Part shown: piece by piece, positions 9,498 to 19,112 of the stretch
Position numbering within the stretch: position 1 is the stretch's first letter
Layout: each line of letters begins with the position of its first letter
NCBI GenBank assembly: GCA_963765575.1
Contig: CAVXWZ010000001.1
Location: 160,001 to 224,000, forward strand
Origin: an uncultured cyanobacterium
Lineage (GTDB): Bacteria; Cyanobacteriota; Cyanobacteriia; PCC-6307; Cyanobiaceae
Direction: 5' to 3'
DNA: 64,000 nt
Translations under genes and position numbers: made by a program
The notes under the pieces: generated by a model
Databases searched by the model: none
What the model was told of the DNA's origin: nothing
What the model saw: only the letters and a program-made list of their open reading frames with translations

Positions 9498-10487
9498 TCA
9501 GCCCGGCAGTGGCACCGGGGCCAAGCCACTCTCGTCGAAGACGCCTTCGAACAGCACCGAGCTCAGGTAGCGCTCACCGGAATCGGGCAGCACCACCACG
9601 ATCGTCTTGCCGGCATAGGCCGGTTCCGCCGCCAGCCGCAGGGCGACGGTGGCGGCGGCGCCGCAGGAGATGCCGGCCAGGATGCCCTCCTCTTTCATCA
9701 GGCGGCGGGCCATGGCCACCGCCTCGTCGTCGCCCACGGTCTCCACGCGATCCACCAGGTCGAGATCGAGGTTGGCCGGCACAAAGCCGGCACCGATGCC
9801 CTGGATCTTGTGGGGCCCGGGCTGGAGCTCCTGGCCGGCGCGGGTCTGGCTGATCACGGGGCTGTTGGTCGGCTCCACCGCCACCGACTCCAGGGGTTTG
9901 CCAAGGGTCTGCTTGATGTAGCGGCTGACGCCGGTGATCGTGCCGCCGGTGCCCACCCCGGCGACCAGCACGTCGATGGCCCCGTCGGTGTCGTCCCAGA
10001 TCTCCGGGCCGGTGGTGTCGTGGTGGATCTGGGGATTGGCGGGATTGGCGAACTGCTGCAGCAGCACGTAGCGATCCGGATCGGAGGTGGCCAGCTCCCG
10101 GGCGGTGCCGATGGCGCCGGGCATGCCCAGGCGTCCTTCGGTGAGCACCAGCCGGGCGCCGTAGGCGGTGAGCAGCTTGCGCCGCTCGATGCTCATCGTT
10201 TCCGGCATGGTGAGGGTGAGCGGGATGCCCCGCGACGCCGCCACGAAGGCCAGGGCGATGCCCGTGTTGCCGCTGGTGGGTTCGATCAGCTCCTTGCCCG
10301 GCCCCAGCAGTCCGTCCTGTTCGGCCCGCCAGATCATCGCCGCGCCGATCCGGCACTTCACCGAATAGGCGGGGTTGCGACCCTCGATCTTGGCCAGCAC
10401 GTGGGCGCCGCAGCCCCGGGTCACCCGCTGCAGCCGCACCATGGGCGTGCGGCCGATGCTGAGGCTGTTGTCGGCGTAGATGGTCAT
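9498..10487 (-). CDS. cysK: Cysteine synthase A
   Basis: NPAYSVKCR (PLP Lys), [31 protein letters not shown]. Confidence 0.97.
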   Translation of the reverse strand: MTIYADNSLSIGRTPMVRLQRVTRGCGAHVLAKIEGRNPAYSVKCRIGAAMIWRAEQDGLLGPGKELIEPTSGNTGIALAFVAASRGIPLTLTMPETMSIERRKLLTAYGARLVLTEGRLGMPGAIGTARELATSDPDRYVLLQQFANPANPQIHHDTTGPEIWDDTDGAIDVLVAGVGTGGTITGVSRYIKQTLGKPLESVAVEPTNSPVISQTRAGQELQPGPHKIQGIGAGFVPANLDLDLVDRVETVGDDEAVAMARRLMKEEGILAGISCGAAATVALRLAAEPAYAGKTIVVVLPDSGERYLSSVLFEGVFDESGLAPVPLPG

Positions 10488-10573
10488 CGTGGCGCGCCGG
10501 TCAGGGGAACAGCCTAGGCAGCCGTCCCCAGGCCGATCCGGGCGGCTGGCAACCGCGGCGCCGGCTGTGGCCG

Positions 10574-10837
10574 TCAGGAGTGGGCCGGCTCCCACTCGAT
10601 CTTCACCACGTCCACGGGTCCGCGGCCGGTGTGGTTGAGCTCATTGGCTGCCCGCAGGGCGGCCTCATGGGTGTGGAAGAGGAAGGCCTGGTCGGGGCTG
10701 CTGACGTCGCTGAGGTGCTCATCGCTGCCCTGCAGGGCCAGGTAGGCGGCGTTGTCGAGCCGCTGGATGGCATAACGCTCCGCCTGGGTGCACTCCAGCG
10801 GATGGGAGGGATCGATCTGCGGTGCCCAGAAGTGCAT
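10574..10837 (-). CDS. Small hypothetical protein
   Basis: [31 protein letters not shown]; natural-looking ORF upstream of cysK; start uncertain. Confidence 0.65.
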   Translation of the reverse strand: MHFWAPQIDPSHPLECTQAERYAIQRLDNAAYLALQGSDEHLSDVSSPDQAFLFHTHEAALRAANELNHTGRGPVDVVKIEWEPAHS

Positions 10838-11174
10838 GGCGTGAAAGGGTTCTGATGACCAACTACCACGTTCAAAACTGTAGTCGGCGGCTGCCTGCAG
10901 GGCGTCAGCAGCGTCAGCTTCACGCCTCTTCATCAGAAGCGAAACTTTCAATGAAACCCTGGTGCGAGCGCTGCGATCGGCCCCTAGGTTCAGTTGGCGT
11001 CAGCCACCAGCCCAGCCCAACACCCGCCAGCCACCCGCCAGCTGTCCGCCAAGCCACGTCCGCCAAGCCACGGGCGCTGCGACCACAGGCCTCGGGCCTT
11101 CAGCCCAGCGGCGATCTATCAGCTCAGCGGCGTTGTGTCCATGACGCCCCCTTGCCCTTTCCCCACCCCTTCCC

Positions 11175-12095
11175 ATGGCCCTGCTCAAAGCTCCCGTTCT
11201 CGGCATCCAGCGTTATGCCAACGATCGCGACAAGGAAAACTGGGCCCATGCCTCCAATGAGGACCGCAACACCATCATCCGGGCCGTCTACCAGCAGGTG
11301 CTGGGTCAACAGTATCTGATGAAGAGTGAGCGGCTCGAAGGGCTGGAGTCGCTTTTCCGCAACGGTGATCTCTGCGTGCGGGAACTGGTGCGCCTGGTGG
11401 CCAAGAGTGGTCTCTATAAAGAGAGATTCTTCGAAAACTGCAATCCCTACCGCTTCATCGAGCTCAACTTCAAACATCTCCTCGGTCGGGCGCCCCAGAA
11501 CAAGGCCGAGATGCTTCACCACTTCACAATCCTTCAGGAGCAGGGGGTTGATGCCGAGATCGATTCCTACCTCGACAGTGACGAGTATCAGGAGCGCTTC
11601 GGCCAGGATGTGGTGCCCTACATCCACGGCTGGGACTACTCCAAGGGCCATGAGGGACGCCAGTTCTCCTGGCTGATGCAGCTGGCCCGCGGCGCTGCCG
11701 CCTCGGTGAAGGGCGATGCCCTGGGTGTGCAGTCGCGCCTCAACAAGGTGGTGCACAACAACCGGGCGATCGCCGTGAATCCGCCCAGCTCCGGGCCGGC
11801 CTTCTTCCGCTCCGCGATCGGCACCGGCGTCTACGACGGTGAGCTGGGCACCAGCGTGGCCGTGTTCAACAGCGACCGCCGCGACCTGGTGGGGGGCCTG
11901 CCCGTGATGGCCGGCACCCGCAGCAGCGACGGCCCCAGTGGTCGCCTGGTGACCATTCTGGTCACCGGCGTGGCCGACAACGCCTACTCCCGCAGCGCCG
12001 AAACCGTGATCCGGGTGCCCTTCACACGCATGAATGAAGCCCTGCAGCGGGTGGGCCGGCTGGGCGGCCGGGTGGTGGAGGTGCGGGTGAGTTGA
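11175..12095 (+). CDS. Phycobilisome rod linker polypeptide, probably phycoerythrin-associated
   Basis: IRAVYQQVLG, RFIELNFKHLLGRAP, DSDEYQERFG..VPY linker domain; C-terminal CpcD-like VPFTRMNEALQRVGRLGGRVV. Confidence 0.9.
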   Translation: MALLKAPVLGIQRYANDRDKENWAHASNEDRNTIIRAVYQQVLGQQYLMKSERLEGLESLFRNGDLCVRELVRLVAKSGLYKERFFENCNPYRFIELNFKHLLGRAPQNKAEMLHHFTILQEQGVDAEIDSYLDSDEYQERFGQDVVPYIHGWDYSKGHEGRQFSWLMQLARGAAASVKGDALGVQSRLNKVVHNNRAIAVNPPSSGPAFFRSAIGTGVYDGELGTSVAVFNSDRRDLVGGLPVMAGTRSSDGPSGRLVTILVTGVADNAYSRSAETVIRVPFTRMNEALQRVGRLGGRVVEVRVS

Positions 12096-12135
12096 GTCCC
12101 ACACTGGAGGGAGATCCCCTTAGGAGGGGGCTGCC

Positions 12136-12348
12136 ATGTTTCTGAAAATCCGCGACGACAACGACAGCAGGCTGGTGGAGGTGCTTGATCTCAAGCAGCT
12201 GTTCGATCCCTTCGCCAGCCAGGTGCAGGCCAGGATGCACGCTGGCGAGGAAATGGGGGATCCTCAGGCCTTCACCAAGGCCAACCTCTTCTTCCCCTCC
12301 GGCGAGGATCTGCCGCGCTGCTGGCTCGATCCCCACTACGCCGGCTGA
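12136..12348 (+). CDS. Conserved small cyanobacterial protein
   Basis: LVEVLDL..LFDPF..HAGEE.GDP..F.K..L.FPSGE.LPRCWLDPHY; AGGAGG RBS. Confidence 0.8.
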   Translation: MFLKIRDDNDSRLVEVLDLKQLFDPFASQVQARMHAGEEMGDPQAFTKANLFFPSGEDLPRCWLDPHYAG

Positions 12349-12364
12349 CCCCGGCGGCTGATCG

Positions 12365-13459
12365 CTACAGCCCGAGGCCCTCGCTGGGCAACATCAGATC
12401 CATCAGCGCTCCACCGTCGAGGTGGTTGCTGGCCTGGATGCGCCCGCCGTGGGTCACGGCGATCTGCTGCACGATCGAGAGGCCCAGGCCGCTGCCGGTG
12501 CGCTGGCTGCGGGCCCGGGCCGGATCGCCGCGGTAAAAGCGCTCGAACATGTGCTGGAGATCGTCGCGGCTGAGGCCGGGGCCGTGGTCGCGCACGCTCA
12601 GCTGGCACCAGCCCCCGCGGCTGGAGAGCGCCACCTCCACTGCAGCGCCATCGGGGCTGTAGCGCAGGGCGTTGTCGATCAGGTTGAGCAGGGCCCGATG
12701 CAGTCGCGAGGCATCACCCTGCACGCTGAGTGCCTCGGGGTGCATGAGCTGCAGATGCACACCGCGCTGCTCGGCCAGGGGGCGCAGGTTGGCCCACACC
12801 TGCTCCACGAGCTGGGGCAGCGGCACGGGGGCCAGCTTCAGGCCCCGGCCGGGGAGGGTGTTCTCCAGCCGTGACAGTTCCAGCAGATCATTCACCAGCT
12901 CCTGCAGGCGCAGCAGTTCCCGCTGCAGCCGCTCCACCAGCCGGGCGTTGCGGTCGGTGACCTGGGCCGCCAGGCTGTCGCCCACCAGCAGCAGGGCTGT
13001 GAGCGGGGTCTTGAGTTCGTGGGCCACGTCGCTGACCCAGCGCTCCTGCTGTTCCAGCTGGGCCTCCAGGGAGCGGCGGCTCTGCAGCTGCACGCCGATC
13101 CAGCCGCCGGTGGCGGGCACCACCAGCACGTCGAAGTCCTGGTGGTTGAACTGCCACTCCAGCCGCTGGGGCCGATCCTGGCGCCGGGCCATGGCCACGC
13201 TGCTGAGCAGGTTGGGATCGGGGCAGACCTCCGCCAGCGGCCGGCCGTCCAGGTGTCGGCCCGCCTTCACCCGCAGAATCCGCTCGGCCCTGGGGTTGAG
13301 ATGGCGCACGCGTTCGCCCCCCTCCAGCAGCACCCAGCCCACCGGCGAGGAATCCATCCAGCTGAGCAGTTGGGCCGCGCTGGGAGCGGCACCCTCGCTG
13401 GTCTGGCCCCGGCGCCAGAAGGCCAGGCGGCGCGCCGGGGGTTGGGGCCGCTCAGCCAA
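12365..13459 (-). CDS. phoR: Phosphate-regulon sensor kinase (PhoR/SphS)
   Basis: PAS-like region, SDVAHELKTPLT, NLIDNALRYSP, ERFYRGD, GSGLGL; overlaps phoB. Confidence 0.88.
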   Translation of the reverse strand: MAERPQPPARRLAFWRRGQTSEGAAPSAAQLLSWMDSSPVGWVLLEGGERVRHLNPRAERILRVKAGRHLDGRPLAEVCPDPNLLSSVAMARRQDRPQRLEWQFNHQDFDVLVVPATGGWIGVQLQSRRSLEAQLEQQERWVSDVAHELKTPLTALLLVGDSLAAQVTDRNARLVERLQRELLRLQELVNDLLELSRLENTLPGRGLKLAPVPLPQLVEQVWANLRPLAEQRGVHLQLMHPEALSVQGDASRLHRALLNLIDNALRYSPDGAAVEVALSSRGGWCQLSVRDHGPGLSRDDLQHMFERFYRGDPARARSQRTGSGLGLSIVQQIAVTHGGRIQASNHLDGGALMDLMLPSEGLGL

Positions 13460-14144
13460 AGCGATAGCCGAACCCGCGCACGGTGATCAGATGCTGCGGC
13501 GCCGAGGGGGCGAGTTCGAGTTTCTCGCGCAGCCAGCGGATGTGCACGTCCACGGTCTTGCTGTCGCCGAAGTAGTCCACGCCCCACACCTGCTCGAGCA
13601 ACTTGTCGCGGCTCCAGACCCGGCGCGGATGCTGCATGAACAGCTCCAGCAGCCGGTATTCCTTGGGCGAGAGGTTCACCTCGATGCCGTCGCGGGTGAC
13701 CCGGCACTCGTCCTGGAAGAGCCGCAGGTTGGCGTGCTCCAGCACCTTGTCGGTGGCGGTGGGGTTGGTGGTGCGTCGCAACAGTGCCCGGCAGCGGGCC
13801 ACCAGCTCGCGCATGCCGAAGGGCTTGATCAGATAGTCGTCGGCTCCGACCTCCAGCCCCAGCACCCGATCGGTCTCGCTGTCGCGGGCGCTCACCACCA
13901 GGATCGGTGTGTGGTCCTCGGCCGCCCGCAGCTGCCGGCAGAGGTCGAGGCCGCCCAGCCCCGGCAGCATCAGGTCCAGCACCACCAGGGCATAGCCCTG
14001 GCCATCAGGGGCGCGCTGAATCGACTGCAGGGCGTCGCGCCCGTTGCCGCAGGCGCTGACGGTGAACCCCTCCAAGGCCAGGGCGTCGCTGATGGTCTCG
14101 CGGATTGTGTCGTCGTCCTCGACGACCAGCAGCCTGGCTTCCAT
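13452..14144 (-). CDS. phoB: Phosphate-regulon response regulator (PhoB/SphR)
   Basis: RRVWSR..LLEQVWG.D.FGDSKTVDVHIRWLREKLE, TVRGFGYRFG; Pho context. Confidence 0.92.
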   Translation of the reverse strand: MEARLLVVEDDDTIRETISDALALEGFTVSACGNGRDALQSIQRAPDGQGYALVVLDLMLPGLGGLDLCRQLRAAEDHTPILVVSARDSETDRVLGLEVGADDYLIKPFGMRELVARCRALLRRTTNPTATDKVLEHANLRLFQDECRVTRDGIEVNLSPKEYRLLELFMQHPRRVWSRDKLLEQVWGVDYFGDSKTVDVHIRWLREKLELAPSAPQHLITVRGFGYRFG

Positions 14145-14260
14145 GGGTCCATTCTGGCGCCTCAGCGATTCGCCCCAGACGAGCAGTTCAGCCAAGGCGG
14201 TACCCCCTGCCGCGCCCGGCTGATCAGACATCGATCGGCCGCCGGGGGGCTGCCGCTGGT

Positions 14261-14899
14261 TCACCGGCGCTGAAGCGGTTGATGGGCGATCACCAGCCGG
14301 CGCTGGGCATCGATGTGCAGCCAGCCCTCATCGCGCAGGCCGCCCAGCACCCGGGTGACGGTGACGCGGGTGGTGCTCAGGGCGCTGGCCAGTTCCTGGT
14401 GGGTGAGCTTCACATTGAGCCGCAGGCCCTGCTCACAGGGCTGGCCGTAATCGTTGGCGAGCAGCTCCAGAAAGCCGCGCACCCGCTCCTCGATGCGGCG
14501 CAGGCCCAGCAGCGACAGCATCGCCTCGCTCTGCCGGTAGCGGGCCGCCATGCCCTGCAGCAGGGCGATGGCCAGATCCGGGGAGCTGGCCAGCTCTTCG
14601 CAGCTCAGGCAGAGCAGATCGCTGGCGTTGACGGTGCGGGCCTCGTAGGCCTGGACGTTGCTGAGGGGCTCACCGAAGGGCTCGTTGGGCCCCGCCAGTC
14701 CGAGCAGCAGTTCATCGCCCTGCAGCGAGATGGCACTGAGTTTCACCATCCCCCGGATCACCATCCAGACGCTGCGCTTGAGCAGGGGCACGCTGCTGCC
14801 GGCACTGAGATGGACCAGGCTGCGCTTCTCGAAGCTGGTCTCGAGCAGATCGCGGAAGTTGTCCCGGTAGGAGGCCTCGAGGGACGGTGTGAACACCAT
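14261..14899 (-). CDS. ptrA: Crp-family regulator PtrA (phosphate stress)
   Basis: Crp/Fnr fold, LTHQELASALSTTRVTVTR HTH; next to phoBR with upstream Pho box. Confidence 0.82.
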   Translation of the reverse strand: MVFTPSLEASYRDNFRDLLETSFEKRSLVHLSAGSSVPLLKRSVWMVIRGMVKLSAISLQGDELLLGLAGPNEPFGEPLSNVQAYEARTVNASDLLCLSCEELASSPDLAIALLQGMAARYRQSEAMLSLLGLRRIEERVRGFLELLANDYGQPCEQGLRLNVKLTHQELASALSTTRVTVTRVLGGLRDEGWLHIDAQRRLVIAHQPLQRR

Positions 14900-14971
14900 G
14901 GCGATCCGGGTCCCGGTTGGTGCCTCCAAGCTATGGAGAGTGCACCGGCGCCAGGCAAAGGGCTGGTAGCG

Positions 14972-14993
14972 AGCTGTTTAAGAGTTGGTTAGG
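14972..14993 (-). promoter_or_regulatory. Pho box upstream of ptrA
   Basis: Minus strand CCTAACC-AACT-CTTAAAC, 11-bp period, resembling cyanobacterial PyTTAAPyPy repeats. Confidence 0.65.
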
Positions 14994-15217
14994 CCCCGGC
15001 GGCGGTCGGTCCCGGCGGCGCTCGGTCCCCGCATAGCTGATCCCCGCGCAGCTCATCCGTACAGTGCCGTTCAGCGGCTCCAGGGAGGGTTGGTGAACCT
15101 CAACCGCCCCAGCCTGACCTCACCCTGGATCTGATCCCTGCTGCGCTGAGCGGCCGCCCCCGGGCTGGGTGAACGCTGCCCGGGGCCCCGCACCACACCC
15201 CTGATCTCCCCCGCACC

Positions 15218-16909
15218 ATGGTCAGCACCCCATCCCGGTTATCCCCGGCAGCGCCGGCCACCGGGATTTTCAACTACATCGGCCGCCACAACATCCGTGG
15301 CGACTTCTTCGGTGGTCTCACCGCCGCCGTGATCGCCCTGCCCATGGCTTTGGCCTTCGGCGTGGCCTCGGGGGCGGGGGCGGCGGCCGGGCTCTGGTCG
15401 GCGGCCATCATCGGCCTGATCACGGCCCTGTTCGGGGGCACCCCCTCCCTGATCTCGGAGCCCACCGGTCCGATGACGGTGGTGTTCACGGCCGTGCTGG
15501 CCACCCTCACCGGCCGCTTCGACGATCCCGCCCAGGCCCTGGCGATCGCTTTCACGGTGGTGATGCTTTCGGGCGTGTTCCAGATCTTGTACGGCCTGTT
15601 TCGCCTCGGCCGCTACATCACCCAGATGCCCTACACGGTGATCTCGGGCTTCATGAGCGGCATCGGCACGATCCTGATCATTCTTCAGATCGGCCCCCTG
15701 CTGGGGCAGCCCGCCCCCCCCGGCAGCGTGCTGGGCACCCTGCGGGCCGTGCCGCAGCTGCTGCAGGGCATCCAGCCGCTGGAATCGCTGCTGGCCCTGA
15801 TCACCCTGGCCGTGCTGTGGTTCACCCCCAGGGTGGTGCGGCGCCTGGTGCCGGTGCCGCTGTTCGCCCTGATCGTCGGCACGATTGTGTCGCTGCTCGC
15901 CTTCCCGGGGGTGGAGTTGCGGCGCATCGGTGAGATCCCCAGTGGCCTGCCCCAGTTCACCCTGCCCGCCCTGACCCCCGATGTGCTGCAGCTGGTGCTG
16001 ATCAATGCGGCCCTGCTGGGGATGCTGGGCTCAATCGACTGCCTGCTCACCTGCCTGGTCTCCGACAGCCTCACCCGCACCGAGCACCGCTCCAACAAGG
16101 AACTGGTGGGTCAGGGGCTGGCCAACATCACCGCTGGCCTGTTCGGTGCCCTGCCCGGATCCGGGGCCACCACGGCCACGGTGGTGAACATCCAGGCCGG
16201 TGGTCGCACGGGCCTCTCGGGCATCCTGCGGGCGGTGTTCCTGATGCTGGTGATCCTGGGGGGTTCAAGCCTGGCCTCCCGCATCCCGCTGGCGGTGCTG
16301 GCGGCGATCGTGTTCAAGGTGGGCATCGACATCGTCGACTGGAGCTTCCTGGCCCGGGTGCCCCAGCTCTCCAGGAAGGGCGCCTTCATCACCTACACGG
16401 TGATTGCGCTCACGGTGCTGGTGGATCTGATGGTGGCTGTGGGCGTGGGCATTTTCATCGCCAACATCATCACGATCGACAAGATGAGCACCATGCAGGC
16501 CAAGGCCGTCAAAACGGTGAGCACCGTGGATGACGCCATGGACCTCAGCGACCATGAGCGCGAACTGCTCGGCCAGGCCAAAGGGCGGGTGCTGCTGTTC
16601 CAGCTCAACGGGGCCATGATCTTTGGTGTGGCCAAGGCCATCAACCGCGAGCACAATGCCATCGGCGACTGCGATGCCGTGATCTTCGACCTCTCCGAGG
16701 TGTTCCATCTGGGCATCAGCGCCGCCCTGGCGATCGAGAATGCCGTTGAGGAAGCGATCGAGGCGGGTCGCAATGTGTATGTGGTGGGAGCCCAGGGCAC
16801 CACCCGCAAGCGCCTGGAGGAATTCAGGTTGTTCGAGAAGCTGCCGGAGGATCACACCGATCTCACCCGCCACCAGGCCCTCACCCACGCGGTCGGCGCC
16901 CTGATCTGA
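15218..16909 (+). CDS. SulP/SLC26 anion transporter with STAS domain (BicA-like)
   Basis: GDFFGGLTAAVIALPMALAFGVASG, SEPTGPM, KELVGQG, C-terminal STAS. Confidence 0.92.
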   Translation: MVSTPSRLSPAAPATGIFNYIGRHNIRGDFFGGLTAAVIALPMALAFGVASGAGAAAGLWSAAIIGLITALFGGTPSLISEPTGPMTVVFTAVLATLTGRFDDPAQALAIAFTVVMLSGVFQILYGLFRLGRYITQMPYTVISGFMSGIGTILIILQIGPLLGQPAPPGSVLGTLRAVPQLLQGIQPLESLLALITLAVLWFTPRVVRRLVPVPLFALIVGTIVSLLAFPGVELRRIGEIPSGLPQFTLPALTPDVLQLVLINAALLGMLGSIDCLLTCLVSDSLTRTEHRSNKELVGQGLANITAGLFGALPGSGATTATVVNIQAGGRTGLSGILRAVFLMLVILGGSSLASRIPLAVLAAIVFKVGIDIVDWSFLARVPQLSRKGAFITYTVIALTVLVDLMVAVGVGIFIANIITIDKMSTMQAKAVKTVSTVDDAMDLSDHERELLGQAKGRVLLFQLNGAMIFGVAKAINREHNAIGDCDAVIFDLSEVFHLGISAALAIENAVEEAIEAGRNVYVVGAQGTTRKRLEEFRLFEKLPEDHTDLTRHQALTHAVGALI

Positions 16910-16914
16910 GTGCC

Positions 16915-18147
16915 ATGCCCTGGTTCGGACTGGCCGAACTGCTGATCCTGGCCTTGCTGGCCGATGGACTGTTCCGCCGCCTGGGGGTGCCCGGCCTGAT
17001 CGGCATGCTGCTGGTGGGGGTGCTGCTGGGGCGTTCGGGCCTGGGCCTGCTCGATCCCAGGCTGTTGGCCCTGAGCGGTGATCTGCGCCAGATGGCCCTG
17101 GTGGTGATCCTGCTGCGGGTGGGCTTCGGCCTCAACCTGCGCACCCTCAGGCAGGTGGGCGGCCGGGTGCTGCTGCTGGCCTGGATCCCGGCCACCTGCG
17201 AAGCACTGGTGCTCACCCTGGTGGCCCAGCCGCTGCTGGGGCTGAACCTGCTGGAGGCGGCCCTGCTGGGCACGGTGATCGCGGCCGTGTCGCCGGCGGT
17301 GGTGGTGCCGCTGATGCTGCGGCTGATTGAGGAGAAGCGCGGCACGGCCAGGGCCATTCCCCAGATGGTGATGGCCGCCGCCTCCCTCGACGACATCCTG
17401 GTGATCGTGGCCAACGGCGTGCTGCTGGGGCTGCTGGTTCAGCAGGGAGCGGGGCTGACGGCCCAGGTGATTCGCCTGCCGCTGGGTCTGGCCCTGGGGG
17501 CGGCGGCGGGGGCGGCTCTGGGCTGGGTGCTGATCCGCTGGATTGCCCGCTTCCGGCCCCAAGCCAACCGCCAGGTGCTGCTGATCCTGGCCCTGTCGCT
17601 GCTGCTGCTGCGCCTGCAGGAGCGCATCAACGGCCTGGTGCCCTTCACCGGCCTGGTGGCGGCGATCGCCCTGGGGGTGGTGATCCTGGAGCTGCGCCCC
17701 GACCTGGCCCATCCGATCGCCGCCAAGCTGGCCTCGATCTGGGTGTTCGCCGAGTTGGTGCTGTTCACCCTGGTGGGGGCCCAGCTGAACCTCTCGGTGG
17801 CCTGGCGCAGCGGCCTGGCCGGTCTGGCGGTGCTGGCCATCGGTCTGGTGGCGCGCTCGATCGGCACCCTGCTCTGCCTGGCCCGCAGTGAGTTCAGCCC
17901 CGGCGAGCGCCTGTTTGTGGTGGTGGCCTACATCCCCAAGGCCACCGTGCAGGCGGCCATCGGCGCCGTGCCGCTGATGACGATGCAGGCCGCAGGGCTG
18001 CCCACCGGCCCGGGCGAAATCATCCTGGCGGTGGCCGTGCTGAGCATCGTGGTCACCGCGCCGCTGGGGGCCTGGCTGAGTGCCGCGATCGCCGATCGGG
18101 TGCTGCGGCCCGAGGCGCCGGAAGGTGCGGTCAGCTCTGGGTGCTGA
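16915..18147 (+). CDS. Cation:proton antiporter (CPA, NHA2/NapA-like)
   Basis: AAVSPAVVVP, ASLDD, YIPKATVQAAIG; multiple TM helices. Confidence 0.88.
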   Translation: MPWFGLAELLILALLADGLFRRLGVPGLIGMLLVGVLLGRSGLGLLDPRLLALSGDLRQMALVVILLRVGFGLNLRTLRQVGGRVLLLAWIPATCEALVLTLVAQPLLGLNLLEAALLGTVIAAVSPAVVVPLMLRLIEEKRGTARAIPQMVMAAASLDDILVIVANGVLLGLLVQQGAGLTAQVIRLPLGLALGAAAGAALGWVLIRWIARFRPQANRQVLLILALSLLLLRLQERINGLVPFTGLVAAIALGVVILELRPDLAHPIAAKLASIWVFAELVLFTLVGAQLNLSVAWRSGLAGLAVLAIGLVARSIGTLLCLARSEFSPGERLFVVVAYIPKATVQAAIGAVPLMTMQAAGLPTGPGEIILAVAVLSIVVTAPLGAWLSAAIADRVLRPEAPEGAVSSGC

Positions 18148-18469
18148 CGAACTCATGAAACTGCTGAGCCGCCGACTGAAACAGTGAATCCGTCGTGTTC
18201 AGCAGATTGGTCCAGGTCGACTCACCTGCCTCCCGCAGTTTCTCGAGTTCCGCCATGGCGGCATCCCGGGCGCTGACCAGCTGATCCAGCTGTTTTTCAA
18301 GCTGCAGGACGGACTCCTTTTGCGCGTCCGCTTTGGCCTGCTGGATCTGGGCCTTGCGCCTGTCAATCTCGGCGTTCCACTCCCTCAGCTGTGCGTCGCG
18401 CTTGTCAAGTTCCGCCTGGCGCTTCTGTTTATCAAGCATTTTATCAAGCATGGTGAGGTTATCAATCAT
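18131..18469 (-). CDS. Coiled-coil hypothetical protein
   Basis: AQLREWNAEID..AKADA..LEKLREAGESTW; start uncertain. Confidence 0.75.
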   Translation of the reverse strand: MIDNLTMLDKMLDKQKRQAELDKRDAQLREWNAEIDRRKAQIQQAKADAQKESVLQLEKQLDQLVSARDAAMAELEKLREAGESTWTNLLNTTDSLFQSAAQQFHEFVSTQS

Positions 18470-18696
18470 GGTGAGGCATCTTGTCTCTACCTTCAGCCCT
18501 AGCCGCTGTGCCAGCGAACGTCAACCTGGCGGAGCCCAAGGTTCAGCATTGCTAATTGCTCCCCAGCGTCTCGGCTCCGCCGGCTGGCTCTGGCGGAGCC
18601 GCTGAACTCCAGGCTCCAGGGCCGGGCTCTCCCGCTCTGTTTTGAGCTCTGTCTGAAGGCGTGGTAAGAGTTGATCCAGGACAGAACCCGAGACCC

Positions 18697-18942
18697 ATGA
18701 GTGAACCAGTGATTGCCGCCCGAACGCCAATACGTGTGGAGCTGGAGGCTAACAAAACCTATTTCTATTGCACTTGCGGGCGCTCAGATTCGCAGCCTTT
18801 CTGTGACGACTCTCACCTTGGAACAGATTTGACGCCCAAGGAATTCAGCGTACAGGCTGACCGCAAAGCGCTACTCTGTCGTTGCAAGCACACGAAAGAT
18901 GCCCCTTTTTGCGATGGCTCTCATGCATTGCTTGAGGATTAA
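18697..18942 (+). CDS. CDGSH iron-sulfur domain protein (tandem domains, MiNT-like)
   Basis: CTCGRS..QPFCDDSH and CRCKHT..APFCDGSH. Confidence 0.93.
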   Translation: MSEPVIAARTPIRVELEANKTYFYCTCGRSDSQPFCDDSHLGTDLTPKEFSVQADRKALLCRCKHTKDAPFCDGSHALLED

Positions 18943-19112
18943 AGACGCCACCAAGTGATCCTGCGGATTAGTCTTTCAGCTGTTCCAGGTCGCCGCGCAT
19001 CTTATTTTTTGCCCTGAAGTGAGTAGGCATTTCCTGTCTTCGAGGCGCCGTTTGTTCGGCCAAGGCAGGCTTCACCTGCTGCAGGAATTTGTATTTACAG
19101 AAAGATTGCGCC

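Noticed and set aside
10862..10884. ACTAC-N13-GTAGT palindrome upstream of the small gene and cysK
   Set aside because: 5-bp arms, compatible with chance
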